DNA from: Bugula neritina
Taxonomy: Eukaryota > Animalia > Bryozoa
DNA: 15,248 bases
Reading direction: 5' to 3'
Assembly (NCBI GenBank): GCA_964035545.1
Contig: OZ037774.1
Coordinates: forward strand, 1-15,248
Position numbers and translations under genes: made by a program. Under the pieces are notes generated by a model. It made no database searches. It worked only from the letters and a program-made list of their open reading frames with translations, and was not told the origin of the DNA. Below, piece by piece: positions 1 through 10,109 of this stretch (its first letter is position 1; the number at the start of each line of letters is the position of its first letter).

Positions 1-66
1 ACTACAGTAGCCTATAAAATAAGGTTTAACCCTGAAAAGGTTAAGAAGGTAAACTACCCAGTAGTA
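1..66 (+). tRNA. trnF: tRNA-Phe (GAA)
   Basis: Cloverleaf: acceptor ACTACAG/CAGTAGT (one A-A mismatch), D-arm present, anticodon stem TAACC/GGTTA with loop CT-GAA-AA, T-stem GGTA/TACC. Confidence 0.92.
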
Positions 67-420
67 ATGATACTAAGAATAACTCACATAACCTGTGCTG
101 TCGCATTTACTTTTTTACTTCTTTTAATTATTCAAGTATTAGGAATAAAACCTTATTCCTCACGAAACAAGAACACCCCCTTCGAATGCGGTTTTGACCC
201 TAAAGATAGAGCCCGTCTGCCTTTTTCTATACGATTTTTTTTATTAGCGGTGATTTTTTTAATTTTTGACATTGAAGTAGCTTTGCTATTCCCCGTAATT
301 TTAAGACTAAAAATAAAAATAATTAAATCTTCTATTTTAGCCAGATCTTTATTTTTAATTATTCTTATATTAGGACTAATTCACGAATGAAAAGAAGGTT
401 CCCTAAGATGGATTAAATAA
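67..420 (+). CDS. nad3: NADH dehydrogenase subunit 3 (117 aa)
   Basis: ATG..TAA in table 5; motifs [36 protein letters not shown]. Confidence 0.97.
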
Positions 421-450
421 TTATAGTACATTTATTAATAACACAACTTA

Positions 451-1386
451 ATGACAAAAATATACCCAGCATGATTCGTATTCTTTTTTACTAATATAAC
501 AGGTCTTGCTATAATTATAAGAAGCTCCAACTGATTGGCCATATGAATTGGGTTCGAACTCTCCCTTTTAGGGTTTTTACCTATATTTATTATAAACAAG
601 TCCTCCATTGACAGAATAGTAAAATATTTACTTCTACAATCAGGGGGATCAGCACTAATATTAACATCCATAGTTATTAACAGACTGATTCAATCTGAAA
701 ACCTATTTTTGTTAAGAATCTTATTAAAAATCGGCTTATTTCCATTTTTTCAATGAGTCCCAACAATCATAACTACTTTAACTTGATTTGGGTGTTTTAT
801 AATTGCTACAATTCAAAAAATCGGACCAATTATTATTTTGATAAAAAGAAATAACAACAGATTTATATTTCTTTTAATCAGAAGAAGTCTAAGAATTTTA
901 TTTAGAGGAATGTTAGGACTAAACCAAACTAACTTACGAACTTTATTAGGGTATTCTTCAGTTTCTCACACAGCTTGAATAAGTACTTCTTTAGTACACT
1001 CTTCTAAATTAATAACAACCTATTTAATTTACTACTTTTTAATCAGAACAATCTTATTTTTTTTTTTAAATAAAAAAAACTTAAACAAAATTAACATTTA
1101 CTATTCCAATAACGACCCAAACATACCTAAAATTATTGCAATATTGATAGTTTTAGCTGGACTACCTCCTTTTTCTATATTTTTCTTAAAACTAATAATT
1201 TTAACAAAACTTAGTTATTATACTTTTATTGCAAGTACATTAATCCTAGGAACAGCACTTTCTTCCTATTACTATTTAACATTTATTATCACCAATTTAG
1301 TTAAATCAAATAAAAATAAAAACTTAATCTGACAAGGTATAATAGTACTACTAATTTTACATTCCCCTTTAATTATAATATTATAA
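451..1386 (+). CDS. nad2: NADH dehydrogenase subunit 2 (311 aa)
   Basis: ATG..TAA in table 5; SSNWLAMWIGFE, KIGLFPFFQW, GLNQTNLRTLLGYSS, LAGLPPF. Confidence 0.95.
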
Positions 1387-1387
1387 A

Positions 1388-2059
1388 ATGTCAACATGAT
1401 CACAAGTTCTTTTACAAGAAAGAAACAGAACAGTCAACCAACTTTTATCATTATTTCACGACTATTCATTAGCTTTAATCATTAACATTTTAGTTTTTGT
1501 AACAGGAATCTCAATCTCTATAATAAGGAACAAATTAATTTCGGACTCAATTATTCCAACCCTAGTAGAAACCGTTTGAACCATTCTTCCAATTTTTATT
1601 TTACTAGCTTTAGTGGTACCATCCTTACAAATTTTGTATTTTATAGAGGAAAGAAATCCTTACTTAACTATCAAAGTAATAGGTCACCAATGATACTGAG
1701 AATACAACTTGGCTGATCTAGACATTAGATTTGAAGCATTCATATATAAAGAACAAGAACTTTATATAGATGAATACCGACTGTTACAAACGGACAGCCC
1801 TTTAGTATTACCAATAATAAAAAATATCCGCGTACTAATCACCGCATCTGACGTTCTACACTGCTGAGCAGTACCCAGATTAGGGGTAAAAGCCGACGCA
1901 GTGCCTGGACGACTCAATCAAGTATACTTTAATGTAATCCGCCCAAGAATTATATATGGACAATGCTCCGAAATTTGTGGAGAACAACACAGATTTATAC
2001 CCATCGAAATCGAAGCTATCTCCAACAAAAAATTCTTAGAATGATGTAGTGCATACTAA
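1388..2059 (+). CDS. cox2: Cytochrome c oxidase subunit II (223 aa)
   Basis: ATG..TAA; [29 protein letters not shown] and CuA motif [15 protein letters not shown]. Confidence 0.97.
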
Positions 2060-2068
2060 AATCAAAAC

Positions 2069-2126
2069 AACTTGAAACAAAATTAGATTGCAAATCTAAT
2101 AAAGTACACATATAATACTCAAGTTT
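2069..2126 (+). tRNA. trnC: tRNA-Cys (GCA), D-arm replaced by a loop
   Basis: Acceptor AACTTGA/TCAAGTT, 7-nt unpaired AACAAAA instead of D-arm, anticodon stem TTAGA/TCTAA with loop TT-GCA-AA, T-stem GTA/TAC. Confidence 0.85.
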
Positions 2127-2131
2127 TAAAA

Positions 2132-2190
2132 TGAACTTATAAACGTCTAAGCTTCTAACTTAGAAAAGCGATTAAATTATTGCGAGTTCT
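2132..2190 (+). tRNA. trnS1: tRNA-Ser1 (TCT, reads AGN), D-armless
   Basis: Acceptor GAACTT/GAGTTC (6 bp plus terminal T-T), anticodon stem CTAAG/CTTAG with loop CT-TCT-AA, T-stem GCGAT/ATTGC. Confidence 0.88.
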
Positions 2191-3297
2191 ATGAAAAACC
2201 AAATAATAAAACACAACCCAGTAGGAAAAATAACTAACTCTTTAATTCAACTAGCTTGTCCTAAAAATATTTCTGCATTATGATCTTTCGGGTCTTTATT
2301 AGGTTTGTGCCTAATCACACAAATTTTAACAGGAATTTTTTTGGCCATGTTTTATATTCCAAATATCTATCAGGCTTTTGATTCTGCTATTTATATTTCT
2401 CGAGACGTAAATTTTGGCTGACTAATTCGCTCAATCCACGCTAACAGAGCATCTATATTTTTTATTTGTATTTATATACACACAGGACGGGGTATTTACT
2501 ACTCCTCACACCAAATAAAAGAAACCTGATTAGTAGGAGTCACACTCCTCTTAATTACGATTCTTACCGCTTTCTTAGGTTATGTATTACCATGGGGTCA
2601 AATATCATTTTGAGCAGCTACAGTAATTACGAACCTACTATCAGCTATCCCATATTTAGGGAGAACTATTGTAAACTGAATTTGAGGAGGATTTTCTGTT
2701 AGAAACGCTACTTTAACCCGATTTTATGCCCTTCATTTTTTATTTCCTTTCTTAATCAGAGCACTGTCTTTACTGCATATTATTTTTTTACATCAATCAG
2801 GGTCAAGAAATCCATTAGGATTAAACAGAAACAATGAAACTATAAAATTTCATATTTACTTTTCAGCTAAAGATTTAATCGGAGTTACTCTACTATGAAT
2901 TTTACTAGGAAGTGTAGTCCTACTAAAACCAAACTTACTAATTGACCCAGAAAATTTTATTCCGGCTAACCCTTTAGTAACACCTACCCACATCCAACCA
3001 GAATGATACTTTCTACCTATGTATGCTATTTTACGGTCTATCCCTAATAAATTAGGAGGTGTATTAGCTCTGATCATGTCCATTGCCATCTTATACTTTT
3101 TACCTATAATAAACAAACCACTCACCAAATCATCAAGAATAAATCCTAAAAACAAAATAATATTTTGGTTGTTAGTAGCCAACTTCATCGTTTTAATATG
3201 AATTGGTAGAAAACCTGTAGAATCCCCATTTGAAGAAATTGGGCAATTTATAACAGTAACCTACTTTTCTCTTTATTTAATTATAAGAAAAAATTAA
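2191..3297 (+). CDS. cob: Cytochrome b (368 aa)
   Basis: ATG..TAA; [66 protein letters not shown]. Confidence 0.98.
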
Positions 3298-3307
3298 ATT
3301 AATAAAA

Positions 3308-3628
3308 ATGCTAATACAAACTTTAGTTTCAAAAAATTTCGTTTCAATAAACATAGTATTTTTTTTAATAATAGTAATAACTTTAATCAGAATATTTTTT
3401 ATACGTAAACAATTATTATTACTGTTAATCACTTTAGAACTAATAAACCTTATAGTATTTATGATACTATTAATAAAAATAGTTTCGCAACTTCAACCAA
3501 TTTCAGTTGCATTTTATATATTAATTATGAGAGCATGTGAAGCCAGGATAGCGTTAAGATTAATAATTAGATTAACCCGAATTAAAGGGTCAGATATACT
3601 GAGATTAATTAGAAAATTTAAATTTTAA
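3308..3628 (+). CDS. nad4L: NADH dehydrogenase subunit 4L (106 aa from first ATG; true start could be a downstream ATA)
   Basis: Hydrophobic ORF with LLITLEL and ACEASMALSLMISLTRIKGSD motifs; directly upstream of nad4 with a 7-nt overlap. Confidence 0.9.
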   Translation: MLIQTLVSKNFVSINIVFFLIIVITLIRIFFIRKQLLLLLITLELINLIVFMILLIKIVSQLQPISVAFYILIMRACEARIALRLIIRLTRIKGSDILRLIRKFKF

Positions 3629-4972
3629 CAGTTTTTATTTTACTAAGTTTATCTTTTATAACACAAATCATAAGAAATAATAAAATAACACCTATTTTTT
3701 GAATATTTACACTATCTTTAATAACTACAACAACAAAACTGTGAAAAACATCTAGTAATTACTCTTGAACCTCGAGAATATTTAATTGTTCAAACTTTTC
3801 TATTGCCATGACCATTATTTCTATTTGAATCACAATAATAACCGTACTGGTAAGAACAAAATATGACTATATAAGCAAAAACTTCAACAATTTTATTTAT
3901 TTACTAATTTCTTTATTAATTATTACCATTACCTTTTTTATTACTGACAATTTACTAATAATATATATCACTTTTGAAGCATCTTTAATCCCTACACTAA
4001 TTCTAATTATCAAATGAGGATACCAACCAGAACGGTTAAAATCAAGATTTTACTTTATAATATACACAATTTGTGCTAGACTCCCTCTACTAATCATAAT
4101 TACAAAAATCAACAAAAATTTATTTTCTATAACAATAATGGCTAACTCACCCCTACACTTAATACAAAGAATATCAATACAAACTTTACAAACCTCCGCT
4201 TTAATAATAGCATTTTTAGTAAAAACCCCAATATGAACTGTCCATTTATGATTACCTAAAGCCCACGTAGAAGCACCAGTCAGGGGTTCCATAATCTTAG
4301 CAGGCATTTTGCTCAAACTAGGAGGATGGGGTTTAATTCAAATTACAAAAATAAGATTTAAAATTGTCAGAAACATAAAAAACTTATTTTATAGAGTAAA
4401 CCTTTGAGGAACTATAATAGTAGGAATTATTTGCCTCAGATCCGTAGATTTAAAAATATTAATTGCCTATTCCTCAGTAATCCATATAAATATAATAATT
4501 TTAGGAATTTTAAGAAATTCTAACTTAGGTATATTAGGCTCAATAATTATAATACTAGCACACGGGATTAGATCACCAGGAATATTTGCTATAGCAAACA
4601 TTTCGTATGAAATAACAAACACCCGAAACTTAATAATACAGAAGGGAGTAATAATAACACAGCCTAAAATACTATTTTTTTGATTCTTGTTAGCTGCTGC
4701 TAATATAGCCGCTCCACCTTCATTAAACTTGGTCAGAGAAATTTTAATTTACACAAGAATAATAAAAATAACGTTTGCATTTTTTACAATTGCAATTATA
4801 ACCACTTTAATTAGAGGAGCATACAACCTATACTTATTCTCTTCTCAAAAAGGAAGACCATCTAAATTAACACTGCCTAACAAAAAAATCACCAGAAATC
4901 AAATAAACTTTTTGTCTGCCTTATCATTACCAGTATTTATTATAACAATTTTTTTATATCAACTCAACATTT
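3622..4972 (+). CDS. nad4: NADH dehydrogenase subunit 4 (450 aa; ATT start, incomplete T stop)
   Basis: ATT follows an in-frame TAA and overlaps nad4L by 7 nt (ATTTTAA); [46 protein letters not shown]; a single in-frame T at 4972 abuts trnH (stop completed by polyadenylation, inferred). Confidence 0.93.
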
Positions 4973-5038
4973 GGAAAAATAGTTTAACAAAAACAATTAA
5001 TTGTGAATTAATAAATGAAAAATAACTTTCTTTTTCCA
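4973..5038 (+). tRNA. trnH: tRNA-His (GTG)
   Basis: Acceptor GGAAAAA/TTTTTCC, D-stem GTTT/AAAC, anticodon stem ATTAA/TTAAT with loop TT-GTG-AA, T-stem GAAA/TTTC. Confidence 0.95.
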
Positions 5039-5041
5039 AAA

Positions 5042-6736
5042 ATGAAAAAATGAAACAGCCTAACTTACCCATTAATAACTGCTATTTTACTAATAGCAAT
5101 GTTTTTAACTACACAAATATATCATACTTATATAATTGACACCCAAAACTCGGTAATCAAAGAATGAGAATTACTATCAATTAAAAGGGTAATAATTAAC
5201 ATTACCATTTTATTAGACAAAACTAGAATAATTTTTAGCAGCACTGTTTTACTCATTTCTTTCAGAGTTATAATGTTCACTACTTCATACATAGCAACAG
5301 ACAACAACATTAAATACTTTACCCTAACAGTAGTAACTTTTATCACATCTATAAACGCTTTAATTTTTTTTCCTAATTTAATTACAATTTTATTAGGATG
5401 AGACGGATTGGGTCTATCATCATACCTTCTAGTATTATACTACATAAATGAAAAAGCTATGAATGCAGCCATACTTACAGCTTTAACCAACCGAATTGGA
5501 GATGCATTACTTATCGTAGCCGTAGCGTGAACCATAATAAGAGGAAATTGAAATATATTTCTCTTAACTTTACAATCTCCTACATTTATTATAATAAGGA
5601 TTATATTAGCAGCCATAACTAAAAGTGCACAATTACCTTTCTCAGCTTGACTACCCGCAGCAATAGCAGCCCCCACCCCGGTTTCCGCTCTAGTGCATTC
5701 CTCTACCTTAGTTACAGCAGGAATTTACTTATTAATCCGATTTTTCCCCTCTTTTAATATATTAAAACACTTTTCAATATTCATAATAATCACCGGAATT
5801 ATAACCTGTTTAATAGCAAGAATAAGAGCATGTATAGAAAACGATTTAAAAAAAATAATTGCTTTATCCACACTCAGACAACTAGGAGTAATAATAATGT
5901 CTTTAGGAACAAACCAACCCGATTTAGCATTTTTTCACCTTATTACTCATGCTCTTTTTAAAGCATTACTATTTATTTGTGCAGGTAACATTATTCACAG
6001 AAACTTTAATAACCAAGATATGCGAATACTAGGAAACATGAATCAAACCATGCCCTTAACAACAACTACACTAAATATTGCCAACATATCATTATGCGGA
6101 CTACCTTTTATAGCAGGTTTTTATTCTAAAGACTTAATTATCGAAACAATTATACATACCAATGTACCAATCCTAACCATAATATTAATACTATTAAGAG
6201 TCTCACTAACCTCGGCATACTCAATAAAACTGGCCTTATTAACTTTGTGAAGTCCCGCCAAAGGCCCAACAATACAAAACTTAAGAGACCAAAGAAAAAT
6301 ATCACTAATTTCATACTTAACTCTAACAATTGGGGCCATTACCAGAGGAGCTAGGATAAATTGATTTTTTTCACCTCATCTAATAGACTTAACTTTACCA
6401 ATTTATATAAAATTACTAACTATTACAATTATTACTTTTATAGGAATTATAATATGAATAGTAATAAAACATAATAAAATCCCCCAAAACCATTTTTTAA
6501 CCACTATATGATTTTTAACGTTTATTACAACTTTCCATATTAACAAAAAAAGCACAACATTAATAAAAATCATACAGTACAACGAAAACACCTGAATAGA
6601 AAAAATGAGAGGAATAGGAATAAAAAAACTAATAAAAAAAAACACACAACTAAACCAATCAAGTACTAACATATCTTGAGTTATAACTATAACTAGGATT
6701 ATACTAATCACAATATTTACACTTATAAACTTATAA
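5042..6736 (+). CDS. nad5: NADH dehydrogenase subunit 5 (564 aa)
   Basis: ATG..TAA; [70 protein letters not shown]. Confidence 0.97.
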
Positions 6737-6737
6737 A

Positions 6738-7673
6738 ATGCTAACAATCAACACAATAATTAAATCTATCACTATATTTCTTTGTCTAGCCCTCAGAGTA
6801 GGGTTTTATACTCTAATAGAACGAAAAGTATTGTCTTATGCCCAACTACGTAAAGGACCTAACAAAGCTGGATTCCTAGGTATCCCTCAACCTTTAGCTG
6901 ACGCCATAAAACTGTTTACCAAAGAAACAACAAAAATTCAGAAATCTTTATTTGTATTATATAATATTAGACCGGTACTAGCAACTTCAATCATGTTTAT
7001 TACCTGAATATTATACAATACACCAGCTAATCACAACACTAGTGTAAAACTGAGAATTATACTATTTATTGTAATCTCCAGTTTAAATGTATACAGTATC
7101 ATACTATCTGGATGAGCTTCTAACTCTAAATATGCACTACTAGGAGCAATCCGTGCTGTGGCCCAAACTATTTCTTATGAAATCAGAATAGCACTATTAA
7201 TTATAAGTATTGTATTAATCTCTCTTAATTTCAATATAGAAAAAACATCCTTCAGACAAATACCCAGTTTATGAATAATATTTATTCTACCTTTAATTTT
7301 TTCAGCATGAATAATTACCATACTAGCAGAAACTAACCGATCACCATTTGACTTAGCAGAAGGAGAATCAGAACTGGTATCAGGTTTTAACATTGAATAC
7401 GGGAGAGGAGAGTTTGCTCTACTATTTATTGCAGAATACGGAAGAATTTTATTCATTACAATCCTAACGAGAACCTTAATATTAAAAGGCAAATTTGAAA
7501 GAATTAATATTACACAAATACTAAAAATTATAATCTTAGCTTTTACTTTTTTATGAGTACGTGCAACATTCCCTCGTATACGATATGACACATTAATATC
7601 TTTGACCTGAAAGACTTTCTTAACTTTAACAATTTGCAGAGTTACTGTCCTAGTAACTCATAACAACATCTAA
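6738..7673 (+). CDS. nad1: NADH dehydrogenase subunit 1 (311 aa)
   Basis: ATG..TAA; [78 protein letters not shown]. Confidence 0.97.
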
Positions 7674-8480
7674 ATGAAATTAAAAACAGACACAAAAAAA
7701 TGATTAGTTAATCCTTACCACTTAGTAGAATATAGACCTTGACCTTTAACTGGATCCATAGGAGCCCTTATACTAACCAGAGGAATCGCAGCATGATTCC
7801 ACAAATTTAACATAAATTTATTTTATTTAGGTATTATTTTAATTATCATCACTATAATACAGTGATGACGAGATGTGGCACGAGAAAGAACAATAATAGG
7901 ATTTCACACAAAAAAAACAGCTAAAGGACTACGAATCGGAATAATTTTATTTATTATTTCAGAAATTTGTTTTTTTTTCGCTTTTTTTTGGGCTTTTTTT
8001 CATAGAAGATTGGCTCCTACTATCGAACTAGGAAGGAACTGACCTCCAACCGGTGTCAACGCCTTATCACCATGGAGAGTGCCATTACTAAACACCGTAG
8101 TATTACTAGCATCCGGAATTACAGTAACCTGATCACATCATTCATTACTAACAAGAAATTACAAAGAAAGAACACAATCATTAACCATAACAATCCTACT
8201 AGGATTATATTTTACATACCTTCAAGGGTGTGAATACATTGAAACAAGATTCTCACTAAGAGACAGGATTTACGGCACTACTTTTTTTGTGGCCACCGGA
8301 TTCCATGGACTACACGTAATAATCGGGACAATCTTTCTAATTACCTGCTGTATACGACACATAAAATTACACTTCACTAAAACACACCATTTAGGCTTTG
8401 AAGCCGCAGCTTGATATTGACATTTCGTAGATGTAGTTTGATTATTTTTATTTATTTCTATCTACTGATGAGGAAGTTAA
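7674..8480 (+). CDS. cox3: Cytochrome c oxidase subunit III (268 aa)
   Basis: ATG immediately after nad1 TAA; [49 protein letters not shown]-stop. Confidence 0.96.
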
Positions 8481-8489
8481 AAGATAAAA

Positions 8490-8556
8490 AGCACTTTAAG
8501 TTAATTTAAACTTTCAACCTTCAAAGTTGAGAATAAGATTGTATTCTTAAGTACTA
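8490..8556 (+). tRNA. trnW: tRNA-Trp (TCA)
   Basis: Acceptor AGCACTT/AAGTACT (one C-A mismatch), D-stem AGTT/AACT, anticodon stem TCAAC/GTTGA with loop CT-TCA-AA, T-stem AAGA/TCTT. Confidence 0.92.
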
Positions 8557-8616
8557 AACAAACCCCATAATTTAAAATCCTAATAATATAAAAATTTATA
8601 GAATAAACAAAAAATT

Positions 8617-8679
8617 TTATAGCAGATAAAAACTTATCAATTTTTCATTGCAAATGAAATCTTTTTAAAGTATACTATA
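8617..8679 (-). tRNA. trnA: tRNA-Ala (TGC), only gene on the minus strand
   Basis: Reverse complement folds canonically: TATAGTA-TA-CTTT-AA-AAAG-A-TTTCA-TT(TGC)AA-TGAAA-AATT-GATAA-GTTT-TTATC-TGCTATA-A. Confidence 0.9.
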
Positions 8680-8812
8680 TTTATTTTTATTTACTTTAAA
8701 TTTGAAAAGATACTCTTAAAATTATAAAAAACATCAAATTAAAACAAGAAAATTTTTATCAAAGATTAACACAAGCACACTCATATAATCTATTCCATAA
8801 ACAAACTAAAAA

Positions 8813-8881
8813 TGATAGGTAGCTTAATAAAAGCATTAGACTTTTAATCTAATGATGAGATAAATAAAATCTCCCAATCAA
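8813..8881 (+). tRNA. trnK: tRNA-Lys (TTT)
   Basis: Acceptor TGATAGG/CCAATCA (one A-A mismatch), D-stem GCTT/AAGC, anticodon stem TTAGA/TCTAA with loop CT-TTT-AA, T-stem GAGAT/ATCTC. Confidence 0.93.
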
Positions 8882-9035
8882 AACGTTAAAGAAAATATTA
8901 AGTATAATAAAAAATATGACATTTTTAAAAATAAAAAGAGAGAATTACAAAATTAAAGTAAATAAATAAATAATGATATAAAGTAACCTAAACACAAAAA
9001 AAATTTTAAAAAAAGTACTTTTTTATAAAAATTAT
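8882..9035. other. Longest non-coding spacer (154 bp, very A-rich), candidate control-region element
   Basis: No gene recognisable between trnK and trnE; contains the palindrome AAAAAAGTACTTTTTT at 9009-9024. Function is inferred only. Confidence 0.45.
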
Positions 9036-9095
9036 GCTGTTAAACAAACATTTAGCTTTTCACGCTAAAGATTCTACCACTTCTAGATAACAGTA
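9036..9095 (+). tRNA. trnE: tRNA-Glu (TTC), D-armless
   Basis: Acceptor GCTGTTA/TAACAGT, unpaired AACAAACAT, anticodon stem TTAGC/GCTAA with loop TT-TTC-AC, T-stem TCTA/TAGA. Confidence 0.88.
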
Positions 9096-9130
9096 AACAT
9101 TCAAGTAATCTAAGAAACTCTTCACTTGAA

Positions 9131-9977
9131 AATAGAGTTTTGCTCTGGCTCAAAATTAATAAAACGAACTGTTCTCAATTAGTGTGCATGCAAGTGTAAG
9201 CCAACCAACAAACAACTATATAACTAAAAGTAAAATTGTTAATAACAGAAAAAATAAAGGAAATAAAATAATATTAACATTCCTAAATACTTTGTAAATG
9301 CAGTGCTTAATTTTACAACAATGATGAAAATCAGTTGAAAATGAGAGAAAAAAAGGTGGAAAAAATTGTGCCAGCATCCGCGGTTACACAATTACCTAAG
9401 TTATTAATTAGGAAAGATGGTAATATAATAATTAAAGAAGGAAAAAAAATAAAAAAAAAGTTTAATATAATTTACTGCTTTCCAACCCTTCAAATAATTT
9501 AAACCATGAAAATTAACTTTAGAACTAGGATTAGAGACCCTGCTACTAATAATATTAAACTAAAAATTCCAGGGTATTACGGGCTACAGCTTAAAACCTA
9601 AAGAGCTTGGCGGTTTTCTAACCACAACCGGGGGAGCTTGTAATTTAAATGATAATCCGCATTAATCTTCACCTTTCTTTGAACTTTCAGTTTGTATACC
9701 TCCGTCTAGTTAACCTCAAAGAGAAATAAAGTTAACTTTTTGATTGTGAAATCCCCAAGTCAGGTCAAGGTGCAACTTATAGAAAGGATATTATGAGCTA
9801 CATTACAATAGTTAATGAAATAAAAAATAAAAAAATTTTATAAAATAGTACTCGGCAGTAATAAAATTTTAACACCCTTTTATGAACTATACCTAGAAAA
9901 TGCACAAATCGCCCGTCAATCCCCCCTATAGGGGGATAAGTCGTAACACAGTAGGCGTACTTGAAAGTGTCCCTAAA
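9131..9977 (+). rRNA. rrnS: Mitochondrial small-subunit (12S) rRNA; ends approximate
   Basis: SSU motifs AGAGTTTTGCTCTGGCTCA (5' end), GCATGCAAGT, GTGCCAGCATCCGCGGTTA (530 loop), CTAGGATTAGAGACCC, GCACAAATCGCCCGTCA, AAGTCGTAACA. Confidence 0.93.
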
Positions 9978-10042
9978 GGGTTAAAAGCCAAAAACGGTAT
10001 TTAGCTGTTAACTAAAACTTTGTGAATTTTTCACTTAACCCA
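9978..10042 (+). tRNA. trnN: tRNA-Asn (GTT)
   Basis: Acceptor GGGTTAA/TTAACCC, D-stem GCC/GGT, anticodon stem TTTAG/CTAAA with loop CT-GTT-AA, T-stem GTGA/TCAC. Confidence 0.93.
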
Positions 10043-10046
10043 AACC

Positions 10047-10109
10047 AATAAAGAAAATATTAGATTTAGAATCTAAAAAATACATAACTATTATAAATGT
10101 ACTTTATTA
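10047..10109 (+). tRNA. trnL1: tRNA-Leu1 (TAG, CUN), D-armless
   Basis: Acceptor AATAAAG/CTTTATT, unpaired AAAATA, anticodon stem TTAGA/TCTAA with loop TT-TAG-AA, T-stem TACAT/ATGTA. Confidence 0.88.

Noticed and set aside
2446-2448. AGA at a conserved Gly site suggesting AGR=Gly (ascidian-type code)
   Set aside because: AGA and AGG occupy conserved Ser sites elsewhere (cox1 NMSF, ESGAG, YVLSMG; cox2 HSFM; cox3 DSIYG) and the TCT-anticodon tRNA has a Ser1-type D-armless fold; table 5 fits.
4973-5025. nad4 reading through trnH to the TAA at 5025
   Set aside because: An in-frame T exactly abuts trnH, the standard incomplete-stop arrangement; a 53-nt overlap with a tRNA is unnecessary.
8618-8680. 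Apparent second tRNA-Cys on the + strand (TTTCA-TTGCAAA-TGAAA)
   Set aside because: It is the mirror image of trnA: arm spacing is canonical, and the C-A mismatch becomes a G-U pair, only on the minus strand; Ala would otherwise be missing.
9134-9195. rrnS 5' end resembles the bacterial 16S 27F site (possible chimera or contaminant)
   Set aside because: These are ancestral SSU motifs; the surrounding sequence is reduced, A-rich and typically mitochondrial.
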